Of a DNA stretch of 64,000 nt, positions 23,766-37,503 are shown in pieces. The translations under genes and the position numbers were made by a program. Under the pieces are notes generated by a model that saw nothing but the letters and a program-made list of their open reading frames with translations, was not told the DNA's origin and did no database searches. The stretch is from Kudoa neothunni (lineage: Eukaryota; Animalia; Cnidaria): the NCBI GenBank assembly GCA_964304625.1, contig OZ199839.1, positions 8,728,221 to 8,792,220 of the forward strand, given 5' to 3'. Numbering within the stretch: the stretch's first letter is position 1; every line of letters begins with the position of its first letter.

Positions 23766-24348
23766 ATTTCAACATTTATTTTATCTACTTTTTCGTAATC
23801 GTTATTTTTATCAAATTCTATACATTAATAATTTATTTATCTTAAATTCAATTTTACTTCATCTGAAAATTAATGTTTTATTCAAAAATAAAAAATCACT
23901 ATAGTTGGGGAAATACTTTTACGATTAAAATCACAAAAGTATATTTTAAATAATTCAAATCTATTATTAAAACACTAAAATTCTAGTTTTTAACATTAAT
24001 TTGATCCAATAATTATGTTTAATTTAAATAAATTAATGTTAGCATTAATAATTCTGTCTGTAAATTATATTCAAAATTATACTCAAAATTGTTAAATATT
24101 TTAAAATATGTATATTATTTATTAGATCAATATTTGAAGTATTATAATCAATAGAAGAACGTTATTTAAAAGTTTACGTTATATTTTTGGTAGAGATCCA
24201 AATACCTGGACTCTACAGTGAAATACAAAATATAAATTTTTTGATATACTATTTTATTTTAATAAATTTAATAATCCTAATATTTATGAAAAAACCGAAG
24301 ATCAACTATTACTACAAAATTTTCGTATAAAAAATAATATTTATTATT

Positions 24349-27316
24349 TCAATTTCCATTAAAAACTCTATAGCTCGGAAAGTTTCTAAAGAATTTTTTT
24401 CGGATAAAAATCATAACCAAGGTAAATATTGTAGTAACAATCAGTGTTATTACAACAGTGACAATCCGAATATTTCTTTTAGAATAATCTAAGTTAAATA
24501 TTGAAAAGGAAAATAATATAAAAAATTTATACTCAGTTTTTTATTCTTTTTTATGTAAATAAAATACTGCTTGCCGTCGTTGAAAGTAGAGTATATGATT
24601 GTGGTGGAAGGTAGAAAAATGGAAGTGCAATTGTACATCAATCTCAAAGTATTTAAACGATTTAATGTTACATCAAAATACACATGACTACAAAACCGAT
24701 TTTTCATTCTGTCATAGTTGGATTTTTTGACGGGTTGAAGATGATTTAAGAGACATACATCAAACATGTCACATCCAATATGGTCAACCTATATGAGAAA
24801 ATTCTATAATCTAGATTCTAGATTGAGACAGTTTAAAGCTATATTACAGTTTGTTTACAATATTTTCCAATAAATCCAAACTCACATTCTTTTTGATTAT
24901 ATATAATTTCAGGCTAAATGAGATTTTTTATTTTTATATCATCAAAAATAAATATTCTCTTGCTTGTTTAGTATCGATTGTAATTTCGTTTGGCGGTTTT
25001 TCACAATTTCCATACTGTATGGTTTTGTTTAAAACTTCATTAGTGTAGCAATCCATAAACCCACAACGTATAGTCTCGCAAACACCAGATCGACAACAAC
25101 CATAATAATTAGGTTTGCAACATTGACTATCTTCTGTTGGTGCGTATAGCGGAGAATGGATGGCTGGATTGATCAATATAGATTCAATCATGGAACAATT
25201 CTTTGCCGAGCTAAGATAACGATAATAGAGTAATAATAACGCTTTATTTATACAATCCATCATCACATCTGCAATTCCCGCAGACAGAAATCCCTCTAAA
25301 GTTGCAAACGTCGCTATTTACTTTCTACAAGGAAGATATTCAATTTTTATCACTTACCGTTGGAAACATATAACAAAAGATTCATTAAATTGTGAATTAT
25401 ATAATTATTAACCTATATTATTTTAGATAATAATCAACTAATTTACATATGAGCTATGATGAGGACTTTCACATTCGCAAAGACACATATTGGTTGAAAT
25501 AGTTAATCGATAGATTTTATAGCCATAGACAGAAACATGGTACCTAAAATTATAAAGATATGGCCAAACATGAGGATGATATACATTTTTGTTAGGCGTT
25601 CATTTGGGAAACATTTATCAACGTTCACTTCTAAATAGAGAGTGTGAGTTTCACGAGAATCACAGAAATAAAAATTTCTCTTCGTTCTATAACAATATTT
25701 TACACAGTCAAATCATTAAATAAAAAATACAAGCAACTTTCCATAGAAGTATTAATATTAAGAAAAGGATCAGTCTTGGGATACTTTACAATATAATGAT
25801 AAATGTATTCCTATAAATAAATATTTAATGGATTATAAAGCCATATATACATTCTCGTATTTATTTAGGAGGTTAGAAAATGCCAACTCGTTATTAAAAA
25901 TCTCTACCATCATTGGAATCATGTATTCGCTTGTTTCAAACAAATTCTTTAATCAATTTAATATAAATAAACACTATGATTAGTGTATTACTGTATAATA
26001 GTTATAAACTTTTTGTTTCGAGGTGAAAATATAAAGATGAGCTAGATTTTCTTGTAACACGCTCGCAAAGGTTTTTATATCCATACGATACTAATGAAGC
26101 TTGAGTGTTGTTCAAGTGAACCCAAATATTACAATAGTTTTATAATTTATTTCATTGGTGAATGAACATGACAACGATACATTCTGAATCAGACTGGAGA
26201 ACTGAATTCAAAATTATTAGATTGAATGATGCTGATTAATTTTACAGGCCCATTTTCGAAGATTTGTTGTCTATCGGATATGAGGATAATGTGTTTTGAA
26301 ACATTTTCTCCTTCCGGCCAATACGTATCCTAACAATATATGTCAGACATATACAACTTCTTAGAAGGTACATTTTTACAAATCATTGTTAAAAGGATGG
26401 ATTTATAAATTTCACGATAGATCATGTGTTCTTTATACCGACCAATCTCCAAATAGAATCTTTTCTAAGCATACATAAATGTTCAATATTAGAGAATATC
26501 AAAGTACACTCTTTGTAAATTGAATAAGGGGGTGTAAAAAATCAGCCCTGAAACTCCTAGTTAAGCATTATATAATTTAAGAGATAATTTTTGAATGTGT
26601 ATTACCAGAGTGATGTGGATATCATGCCAACTTCAATTCGTTCAAATTTGTCACCCAAACTTTCATTAACTGTATTATTCAATATTTTAACCATTTTTCA
26701 TTAATTAATTAATTAATTAATTAATTAATTGTAATTACAGTGTTTTATAAAGTGTTCTGTCACAAATTGTAGCGTGTCGACACCAAATGAATGAATATCA
26801 AATATGATGAAGAGTTCTCGGTGTTGATTTATTGATGGGATGTTAAATGTGAGAATTTGTTCTAAATTAAATTTTAACAACAAATATAAATAATTAACTT
26901 ACCCCTATTAAGTCTTAAATTTGGAATCTTTGAATTAGTTGATCCAATTCTAAAGCTTGTATCACCGAATAATGGTGGTTTCTTTTCGTATATGTATTGA
27001 ACAAATTTAATATATTTATTACCTTGGAAGTAGAATGATAAACTAATGAATTATTACAATGAGAACTGAATTCGGATGAAGAAATGCATCGGCTCTTAGC
27101 TTGCAACCCCTGTGAAATATTTAACGAGCAATACAACAACAAAAATCGTACTCCATCAAGACACCATTTATCCCCATTTCCAATACAATTAGTGCAACTT
27201 GACAACAAAGAAAAATTGTCGGCTGAAGCTAATTTGATGATTCTTAAGTAATGAACGAATATTTATCTTATACCTGAAAATTGTTGATAAAATATGTAAA
27301 ACACAATAAGTAACAT
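24349..27316 (-). CDS. Highly divergent integrin beta subunit
   Basis: Domains follow integrin beta order: signal peptide; PSI (SSCTNCIGNGDKWC..RC); beta-I strand ELFIIFDIHSF (cf. DLYYLMDLSYS); YWPEGENVSKHIILISD (cf. GWRNVTRLLVFSTD); YRMDIKTFASVLQENLAHLYIFT; hybrid end CLCECE; I-EGF CNFRGISVCGNCRCDDGFSAKNC; beta-tail; TM IRIVTVVITLIVTTIFTLVMIFI; TGA 24351-24349. Confidence 0.75.
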
Positions 27317-29059
27317 TTCAAAAACGACAATACACCATTCAATGAAGACCGAAAAATATTATGAGGTTAATAAGAGGATTATAAAATATTTTGAATTTTA
27401 TAAAGATAAAATTAAGAAGCATCAATAGGATTTATTGATTTAAATATTTTATCTTTTTATAAAATAAGTATGTAGCATTGTTGATTGGATAATAATATTA
27501 CATAATAAAATTGTAGTAAGTTAAAAACTAAATTTTGTGTTTAGATAAACCAATATTAGAGTAAGAAGGTAATGAGAGATTATCGTTTTTAATCCGTTAA
27601 AACCCGTAATACTACAATTTAAAATATATTAACGATTACTGTTAGTTCTTTTTGTGTCATAAATAATAAATTATCTAAATATTTTTATAGAATTAAAATC
27701 ATGTAAATATACTAATATATACAATTCTTTATGTGTATGATATATTCCTACACCCTTGTTATTGGTGTATTAATCAATATCATTTAAACCATCTGAGATT
27801 AATTATGTTTTCATGGACCAAATATCTATTTTCACACATAAATCAAATATTCAAAGTATTTATACTCGTTTAGATTTTCCATTAAAAAATTATAAGTCAA
27901 AATATTGAAAAAAATATCGACACATTTTTATAATAAATAATTCAATATCCTGATAGAATTAAATTATTAAATCAGAATTATCATTTTAAAGAATGTAAGA
28001 AATTAAAAAATTATTTGTTTAAATATACCAGCATATTTAAGTATAGGTTATTATTTCAACTAATCATTCTTTGGAACAGGGGGTTAATATTTAATTAATT
28101 TATTAAATATATTCATCAATATAAATAACTAGCACAAACTCTGGCTCACACTCAAGGTCCTTGCTCAATTTTATTAAGAAACCAATTTTTTTGATAATTT
28201 ATAGCATTTTACTAAAATATGAAGAGAATAAAACATAACAGGGAAGATTCCTTTTATTCAATAAAATATCACAACATGAATACGGATCTAATTTAATGGA
28301 GTCATTTTGATAGCGTACAAATCAGATTGATAAAAAAATTATATTATCAGCTTGCAAATGCATAATGTTCTGTTCAATTATGAATTTTGAAGCTGATGGC
28401 TACACCAAATTCTTTTCAACATTTTAAATTAAATGTTGTTTCATGATGTTAATACATTGGTGTATATCAAGCGGCTAATTTTTATTTCAATGTTTAATCA
28501 GAATATCTAAATCGAATAATCAGATTATTTAATTAAATTAATTATCACATGCGTCCATTATATTTGATCACGTTATTTTTCCATGAGAAAAAGGAGTGGG
28601 TTAGTGTATAATATGATTATTCATTAATAGCGCTACGAAAAATATATTTTAAGTTTCTAGATACGCGAAAAAATCGATCCAATTACTTTCCCCACAAAAG
28701 CATAATAGTAATCATCTAAATATAACATCATGTAGTCTCATGCACTTTATTATGGCATATTTTGAATATTTCCCCGATTTTATGCAGAAAAGTAAAAACT
28801 AATAAATATTGGACAAAACGGGAAAAATAGGATAAGTAAATATCAATCGTTTTCATTTCAAGTTTCTTTAAAATAGTCAGATACGTTTTTGTGACAAAAA
28901 TTTAATTTTTTATTAAATATAAAAAGCTTAAAGATTTAAATCATTTCAGCTTGAATTTATGCAAATATCAACTGATAAAGCTTCTATTAAGGTTTTACAC
29001 AAAATTGGACTAAGCTAAAATATGTGCCAATTTCGGGCGGTATCGCATAAACAACCGGA

Positions 29060-30190
29060 AATGTTGCTTCCTACAATTCATCTTGTTAATTCACTTCCCT
29101 TTTGAAAATTTTCAGCGTTTGTTTTCATCATAAATAAAAAAATAATTATTATTTTTAGACCAAAAGAATTATCTCATAAACTAGAAATAAATCTTACGTC
29201 GAGCATACTCGAATTCACGTGAAATCTCTATGCTGTTGATACATACTTCAAAAAAATTCTTATTTTTCTATAATTTTAAAACACTTAAATTCATTCATTG
29301 TCATAATTCTTTTCGTTTTTGTCAGTAATAAATGTGTGAATGTATCATGTGACTTCAAATTTTAAAAACAGAGCATTCTCATATATTATATTCACAATTA
29401 GAATGATGATATTTAAATTTAACAATGACATTTCGTAATGTGATTCTTAGTTTATACATTTTTTGAGGTAGTTTATTCGAGATAACAAGAAATTTATGGC
29501 AATTTTTGTTCCAAAATTTGGACATGAGAATTCTTCATGTATTTTATTAAGTCATCTTTTTATTTAGATACATTAGGTAACTCGCAATAAAAATTCTTCG
29601 AGTATTATTTTCAAACAAAATAAACGATTTTTAATTAAAATAACAATGAACGTTAAAATGTTCAGGAATTTTTTTTATCATCTTAAAAATGTAAAAATGA
29701 TGTAAATCTAAAAATAAACATTTATTAATTGGTTTTTGGTATGTGAATATATGATCTACTTAGGTTTCTTGAACGTTAATTGTCACGTTTTACATAGTTG
29801 TTCACAAAAATGTACAATTAAAGAAAGTAAACATAAACATCAGATGAGTATGCTTTAATTTTTTGTTAATTTTGTAACATATCTACTATATAAAACGCGG
29901 CAACCAATGAGTTATCTGATAGGTCTCTGTTAGTTATTAGAAACAAATTTTGGAGTAATTAATGTAAATAACTGTTTAACACAAAAAGTAAACGAATTTT
30001 AAACTTTTTCTAAATAAAATGGAAATTACACGTGAGTCCGAATATGCTCGGCTTAGGATTTTAAAGTTATTTTTTGATCTGAATTTAAATTATTTAATGT
30101 TATTTTTTGTGATATAAAGAAATATGTAAAAATTTTGAAAGAGAAATCAATTAATAGGACAAATTGTATTTTAAATTAACTTACCTTAAA
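29060..30190. mobile_element. Foldback/MITE with long imperfect TIRs
   Basis: About 29190 AATCTTACGTCGAGCATACTCGAATTCACGTG is the inverted counterpart of about 30028 CACGTGAGTCCGAATATGCTCGGCTTAGGATT. Similarity extends outward by over 100 nt; boundaries are approximate. Confidence 0.55.
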
Positions 30191-30476
30191 TAATTAGACG
30201 CATGAACCTTACTTAATATTTTCGAAAATGAATAAACAATACGGAGCGTTTAAAATTAACATTTTAAAACTTTAACGGAATGATCTATATGTTTGCATAT
30301 ATCCTCAAATCATACCAGGTGAAAGTGTTTTTAGTCATTTTGAAGGATGCACATCTTTTATAATTTTTTACGTATTTTTCTGTTAAAATAAAATTTTATA
30401 TTTCCATATGTGTGCTCAAATGGAGCGTTATGTCTCTCTATAAAGAATGGAAAATGAGTACACACGGACACATCTA

Positions 30477-30481
<5 letters not shown>

Positions 30482-30548
<67 letters not shown>
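30482..30548. repeat. (TA)n(GA)n compound microsatellite
   Basis: Read directly from the sequence. Confidence 0.95.
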
Positions 30549-30798
30549 GGAAAGTAAATATTTTAATAGCATTCTACAAGTTACTAACGTAGCGTGACAC
30601 AAACAAAGAATTAATGATGCGTATAAAAAACATAATTTTAACAAAAATATTAAGTATTTTATTTAGATTAAAAGAGAAATGCAGTAGAGAAAATTATTAA
30701 GCGATGAGTTCAGCTCAATAAACGCAATATCAATCAATGATCACAAAAAAATGACTACAATAAATTGCATACAATATTTTACTTAACATGGGAGATCA

Positions 30799-33700
30799 CT
30801 ATTTTACGGATAGAAAACTAAGGAAAATATGTTTAAGGAGGATGGACAGTTTATTCAGCGTCAAACAAGTTTGATTTTCCAATGGATTGATTTTTTTCAC
30901 TCCGATAGCGGTATCGTCATAGAAAGTGATTTTGTGTTGACTTTGATCGAGATTGGTTTCGGACTTTTGGGGAGTGGATAAATTGTTTATCCTATCGAAA
31001 ATAATACAGGATCGCCTCACAACGGCGAGGTCATCCTTCGGCACCAAGATTGTTTTGGCGTATTTCTCTTTTACTTCATCTTTGAAATTTGGCAGGAAGA
31101 ATATTGCGCTTGAGGTTGCCATCCCAATCCAACTCAATAAGATTTTGCATTTTCGGCAATAATACGCCGCACACGAGCTGCAAAATCAATAGTAGATTCT
31201 GCAGGTTTTACGATGAACCGGCGGCAAAGAATGTCCACATCACAATAGATCATCCACGATGACATCAAATGGACAAGGTACATCAAGAAATCCACCTTTG
31301 AGCTATTCCAAAAAAGCGTCGCCATACATAGACCGATACTAGAACAAACGTAACCGCACATTAGAACAAACTAATTTCCTCATATCAATGGAAAAAAAAA
31401 TTAAAGGCCACTTTTATAGCCACTGGAAAAATGACATTGGCTATCTCGAACGAGCCTTTTCTAAACATCATTACAGAGGTGTTGTTGATGCAAGTGCCCT
31501 CGGGAAAGATGATCACAGGTGGTTTGGAAACATTTCTCGCATGTTCACTCAGCAAAATTAGCTACATGACTTTCTATCGAGCATTTGACTCCGCTCGAAA
31601 AGATGTGGCCAGAGCGTCGGAAAAAAATTTGAAACCAATCCAAAAAAACCCACCCTGAGATTGTCCGATCATTGTGAAAAACCGCAACGAACACAATATA
31701 ATAGCATCCAAAGGAGTGGTGTGATTGGCCACACATATTCCACTTTCGGGCATGTGTCCTCTAAATTCGTAGATACCATCACATATGGTTTATTAGCAAA
31801 TTGAGTGTCACCTTCCATGGACATGAATTTTGATACTAATAGAAGCAGTGACCATTCGGCAGATGATAACGTTGAGGAATCGTTTGATTTTGGGTATTTT
31901 TCTAATTTAAAAATCATCCGTAATCAGAAACTAGCATATTATAATTGGTTTAATTACAAAAAATCAGGCAAAAATGCAAAAATAAGACCGATCCATGCGA
32001 CAAATATCAGTGTTATGGTAAACATAATAATCCTAACATATTGAATGATGATCAGCTGTGATGGAGTTTGAATAAAACAGATGATTACCTGTTGGGAAGT
32101 AATATAAAGTAGCGATAGAAAAATCCGAGACACCAAATAACATGGAGAGTCATACTAAAGAAGTGGCATTCAAAAAATAAACTCATATTGGTGCATTACG
32201 TTTCTCTGTAATAGTCTGGCATTGACCGTCTGAGCATATTCCATAATCTTAATTCTTGGCATGAAAATCGTTTGGTAACGTTATCGTCAACAATAGCCTA
32301 CAATTAATTTTACTTTTATTGGCAATATTTCCAAAACATATATACACACAAATGAGATATTAAATATTGACAAAGTACTTATTTTTAAGAGTAAAAATAA
32401 AATATTATTTTATTAAAATAATTTCAAAAAATCATCAAATTTATTTGAAATAAGATTATTTTGATAAAATCTTTGATAATGAAAGAAAAGAGAATTTACA
32501 CTGATATTGCAGATATTAGAGATTTCCCCTCTATTATTAGCAGGCGCATTTGCATACATGAAATTAGTTTGAAAAATTTCATTAGAATATTGACCTATAG
32601 TTTTCGATATTTAAAAAAAATATAACAACACCTACATGAGTATATTGTTGATGAAATTTTGAATTAAATATTCCGATTAATAATTGTTAGGCACAAATCT
32701 CCCTCCCATCAAGAGTGTAATCTATATGAGGGTTTAAAAGCAATAGAACAACGTTTATTGTGTTCCCGAAAAACTCTGAAGGAACAGTCCTAAATGAATA
32801 GTCTCTACTAGATAGGGTTATAATTATTTCACATGAGTTACTTTTGAATAATTAGAACATGTTATATATTTATTACTTATTGAATCATAATATACTTTAA
32901 GGTTTCATTAATACAATCGTGTCTCGATAGTGCGTAGTTATCAAATATCTCTTGAATTTTGTAACCATTCATAAATTTTGATGCTGCAAAGTAATAATTA
33001 CATTATTATCTCGTAAAGTACATGTAAAATTATTCATTAATGACAAAATTAATATGAAATTGCTCAGCATTGTCTAGTAATTTTGTATTGGGTAGAAATT
33101 CTAGGGTCCGGAACCCCCCTTTTTAACTCGACAGTGAGCAGTAAATTTGACCGTGTCAAGAATACAGAGGGATGTTGACGAGGAATTAAAAATTATCAAT
33201 ATATTATAACTCAATAAAGTCAATGATAGTTTCAAAAATGGGCCACTTCGAAAGTTGGTCATAGTAACAGAATAATTATATGTTACTTACAGAGAACATT
33301 AACCTTCGGTAGTGACATACATAGTGATAGAATAATTAGTTTCTAAAAAATGAAAACAAATAAAAAGGAGATTTTTTATGGTCTAATTTAATAACGTGGC
33401 ATGTACCAGTGAATATAATAATTAATGCCGGAAGGGACAATTAGACTTCAAAGTGTCCACAGCTATAATTCGGGTCTTAACAACTCATAGACAAACCTTT
33501 ATAAGTGAAGATCAAAAACGGTCTGTGTGATTTAGATCCTATTATGGATCGAAAATAAACTATTCTAAAAGGAAGCGAAATGCAGAGAAAAATAGCGGAC
33601 TACTTCTCTCTCTATAAATATGTAATAAAGATATAATAAAAATGTAATAAAGATATAATAAAAATGTAATAAAAATATAATAAAAATGTAATAAAAATAT

Positions 33701-36700
33701 AATAAAAATGTAATAAAAATATAATAAAAATGTAATAAAAATGTAATAAAAATATAATAAAGATATAATAAAAATGTAATAAAGATATAATAAAAATATA
33801 ATAAAAAATGTAATAAAGATATAATAAAAATGTAATAAAGATATAATAAAAATGTAATAAAGATATAATAAAAATGTAATAAAGATATAATAAAAATGTA
33901 ATAAAAATATAATAAAAATGTAATAAAAATGTAATAAAGATATAATAAAAATATAATAAAAATGTAATAAAGATATAATAAAAATGTAATAAAGATATAA
34001 TAAAAATGTAATAAAGATATAATAAAAATGTAATAAAGATATAATAAAAATGTAATAAAGATATAATAAAAATGTAATAAAGATATAATAAAAATGTAAT
34101 AAAGATATAATAAAAATGTAATAAAAATATAATAAAAATGTAATAAAAATGTAATAAAGATATAATAAAAATATAATAAAAATGTAATAAGGATATAATA
34201 AAAATGTAATAAAAATATAATAAAAATGTAATAAGGATATAGTAAAAATGTAATAAAAATGTAATAAAAATATAATAAAAATGTAATAAGGATATAATAA
34301 AAATGTAATAAAAATGTAATAAAAAATATAATAAAAATGTAATAAATATATAATAAAAATATAATAAAAATGTAATAAATATATAATAAAAATATAATAA
34401 AAATGTAATAAAAAATATAATAAAAATGTAATAAATATATAATAAAAATATAATAAAAATGTAATAAATATATAATAAAAATATAATAAAAATGTAATAA
34501 GGATATAGTAAAAATGTAATAAAAATGTAATAAAAATATAATAAATAATAAATAAAAATATAATAAAAATGTAATAAAAATATAATAAAAATGTAATAAG
34601 GATATAGTAAAAATGTAATAAAAATGTAATAAAAATATAATAAAAATGTAATAAGGATATAATAAAAATGTAATAAAAATGTAATAAAAATATAATAAAA
34701 ATGTAATAAATATATAATAAAAATGTAATAAAAATGTAATAAAGATATAATAAAAATATAATAAAAATGTAATAAAGATATAATAAAAATGTAATAAAAA
34801 TATAATAAAAATGTAATAAAAATGTAATAAAGATATAATAAAAAATATAATAAAAATGTAATAAGGATATAATAAAAATGTAATAAAAATATAATAAAAA
34901 TGTAATAAGGATATAGTAAAAATGTAATAAAAATGTAATAAAAATATAATAAAAAATGTAATAAGGATATAATAAAAATGTAATAAAAAATGTAATAAAA
35001 ATATAATAAAAATGTAATAAATATATAATAAAAATATAATAAAAATGTAATAAATATATAATAAAAATATAATAAAAATGTAATAAGGATATAGTAAAAA
35101 TGTAATAAAAATGTAATAAAAATATAATAAATATATAATAAAAAATATAATAAAATGTAATAAAAAATATAATAAAAAATGGAAAACCCATGATTTAATT
35201 ATATAAATGAATATAGGTTTAAAAACGGGCCAAATTTTTGATTTTCAAAAGTTTCAAGGGGCGGATTAAATTTTCTGTTTAAAAGCAATAATAAAAGTGA
35301 AACAAAAATAATACAAGCATAAAATATAATGAATGTGTAATATGAAACTGATTCTTGTGGCAGGATTTTGTATATTTCAATTTTGGGGCCCCAAAGAGAT
35401 TACGAACCACCCAACGTCTATTGTATAATTCAAAGAAATCGCGACGTTTGTTAAATTTAAGGTTGTAATTGAAAAACTACAATTTTTCTCAAGTAAAATA
35501 TTCCCAGCTTATTTATTTGATCATAAAAAGTGGTGATTATAGCCTATCATTTTAAATTTTAGCATCATATCAATTAAACTCACCAGATTAAAAATTAGAG
35601 AAAATCAATTTAAACTATAATTTTATACAATAGAGAATTTTAAATTATTATAAAACATATGAATTAAATAAAAAATTTAAACATGTATCATATCGATTCG
35701 TACGTTTTACATTCAGAATCTTGTCATATTGATTAGTGATTAGTGATTAATGATTAGTAGTTAGTGTGTGGATATTCTCTTTTGTTTCAATTAAGATAAA
35801 ATAAAAACGTACAGTAATTAAATAAGGTTTTTTTATTAGCATTCATCAACTCAAGTAACGCATTGATAGGCTCCATATAAGTCAACACAATTTCGTTTGC
35901 GCATTCGTGTGCAAAGGAGTGCGAGTCCAGTTTTGGCTTAGAAGCGCTGTATTATTAGGATATCGCAGACCGTGCTTTGATGATCCTACAATAGATGGTT
36001 CACTCGAATTTTTTTGTATAACAAGCGCTCGCACATCAAGATTGCGTAGTAAGTTGGCAGTCACAATTTACTGCGCAACACGACTGTAGCATACATGTTT
36101 TATTGAATTTAACAAAAAAATACTTTTTCACCCCTATATAACAATAAATTTTCGCATGAAAGGGTTAACAGATTTTTTAATCTCAGCATCTCCCTTTTAT
36201 GGTTAATGTACAAAGTTTTACTTGTTAAAATCAATTATTCTCTCCTTATATTTATGGGTATTGAAGTCAACCACGACCAACACTATACATAGGGGATTTG
36301 ATTTTTACTTGATTAATTGCAATGATAGATTTGTTTATATATCCGAGAATAAAATACGCGCATCAATAATTCTATTCCAGTTGAGTAGTTGTTAGGGGTA
36401 ATATAACGAAACGCGATAGTTTAAATAGCTCAAAACTAATTCCGGATTTGTCCACTTTTCAATCTCAATTATATGAACAAACAAATACATCCACTGTTAT
36501 ATAACTATAATCAACTATTACGCTGCTAATAAATAATATTTCATCGAAAAAATATCAAACAAGGAAAAGACTTGATAACCATAACGAAAATAATTAATCA
36601 TTTCAAAGCAGCATATTTATTACTAAGTAACTCCCCTTAAAACATTAACTATATTTGTGTTTCAATTTTATTTATTTATCAATAATACTTATCTCAAGGT

Positions 36701-37503
36701 TACGAGGACGTCCGAAATCCAACTTGCGCCTTATGATGTTGCAAGATTTTACAATCCGATTATCGTCAATTTTAAGCTTAAAATATTCTATTTATTTATT
36801 ATCTAACTATCGATTACTCGTATATACGAATATCTGAAATACCTGCCTACTAAAATCATGTGATGTATTTCTAACTCAAATTATCATAATAAAATAGTGC
36901 TACCGAATTGCCTTCAAAGAAAACAAAAACAGCTCCAATAAACGTTGATAACATGCGCCGCCATCGTATAGTATTACAACGATGGGTTGAGCTAGTGTTG
37001 TAATATAAACATCGAAAAAACTTACATTCACCGCACTGGTAACCAACGGACACACATCCACCAGTTCAAATTCCTTCTTAGTTTTCGGGTATGAGATTCA
37101 TTTTAATGATTCGTTTTTCTGGGCCTTTCTCATCATCATTTTCATCTAATAATTTTTATTCGAATTTAGTCCGCGAGTCGTAATAATTTGATCAAGGTTT
37201 GCAGCAGTAGGCTCGATATTTTACTTGGAATGGGTATATTGTTACAATCGGCAATCAGCCTGTTCACATATCTGAAAAACTTCTTCAATATCTTCGCATA
37301 ATACTCATGAACTCCACTTGATATTCCAACCAGAGTTGGCATCATAAAACACACAAAACAACACCAACAAATAAGGGAGTGTATAAGTTTTGATCATAGT
37401 TACAACCCAATTAGCAAATTTGTCCAGGATCACATCCAACGTCGACTTTTTATTGATATTATCAACCAAATAATCGATGTTTTTGATTCGATTGAAACAA
37501 CAT
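30799..37503 (-). CDS. GPAT3/4: Glycerol-3-phosphate acyltransferase GPAT3/4 (AGPAT9/6 family), frameshifted in this assembly
   Basis: N-terminal TM MMPTLVGISSGVHEYYAKILKKFF; YFRYGYQ|AIVDDNVTKRFS..LWNML across the 4.27-kb intron 36571-32298; GICVANHTTPLD; PVIIFPEGTCINNTSVMMFRKGSFE; YGDAFWNSSK; LDWDGNLKR. About ten single-base corrections are required and the start codon is uncertain. Confidence 0.85.
33618..35180. repeat. AT-rich 11-bp-unit satellite inside the GPAT intron
   Basis: Tandem variants ATGTAATAAAA, ATATAATAAAA, ATGTAATAAAG, ATGTAATAAGG and ATATAGTAAAA over about 1.56 kb. Confidence 0.97.

Noticed and set aside
26204-26247. In-frame VKLISIIQSNN resembling integrin GKLGGIVLPND
   Set aside because: Read-through hits TGA; the segment is better explained as a 44-nt GT-AG intron.
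30953-32044. Plus-strand ORFs over GPAT, and similar short antisense ORFs elsewhere
   Set aside because: They are shadows of real genes on the opposite strand or chance ORFs in AT-rich DNA.
33560-35191. 543-aa hydrophobic ORF
   Set aside because: It is the translation of the 11-bp satellite, whose minus strand lacks stop codons, and it lies in a GPAT intron.
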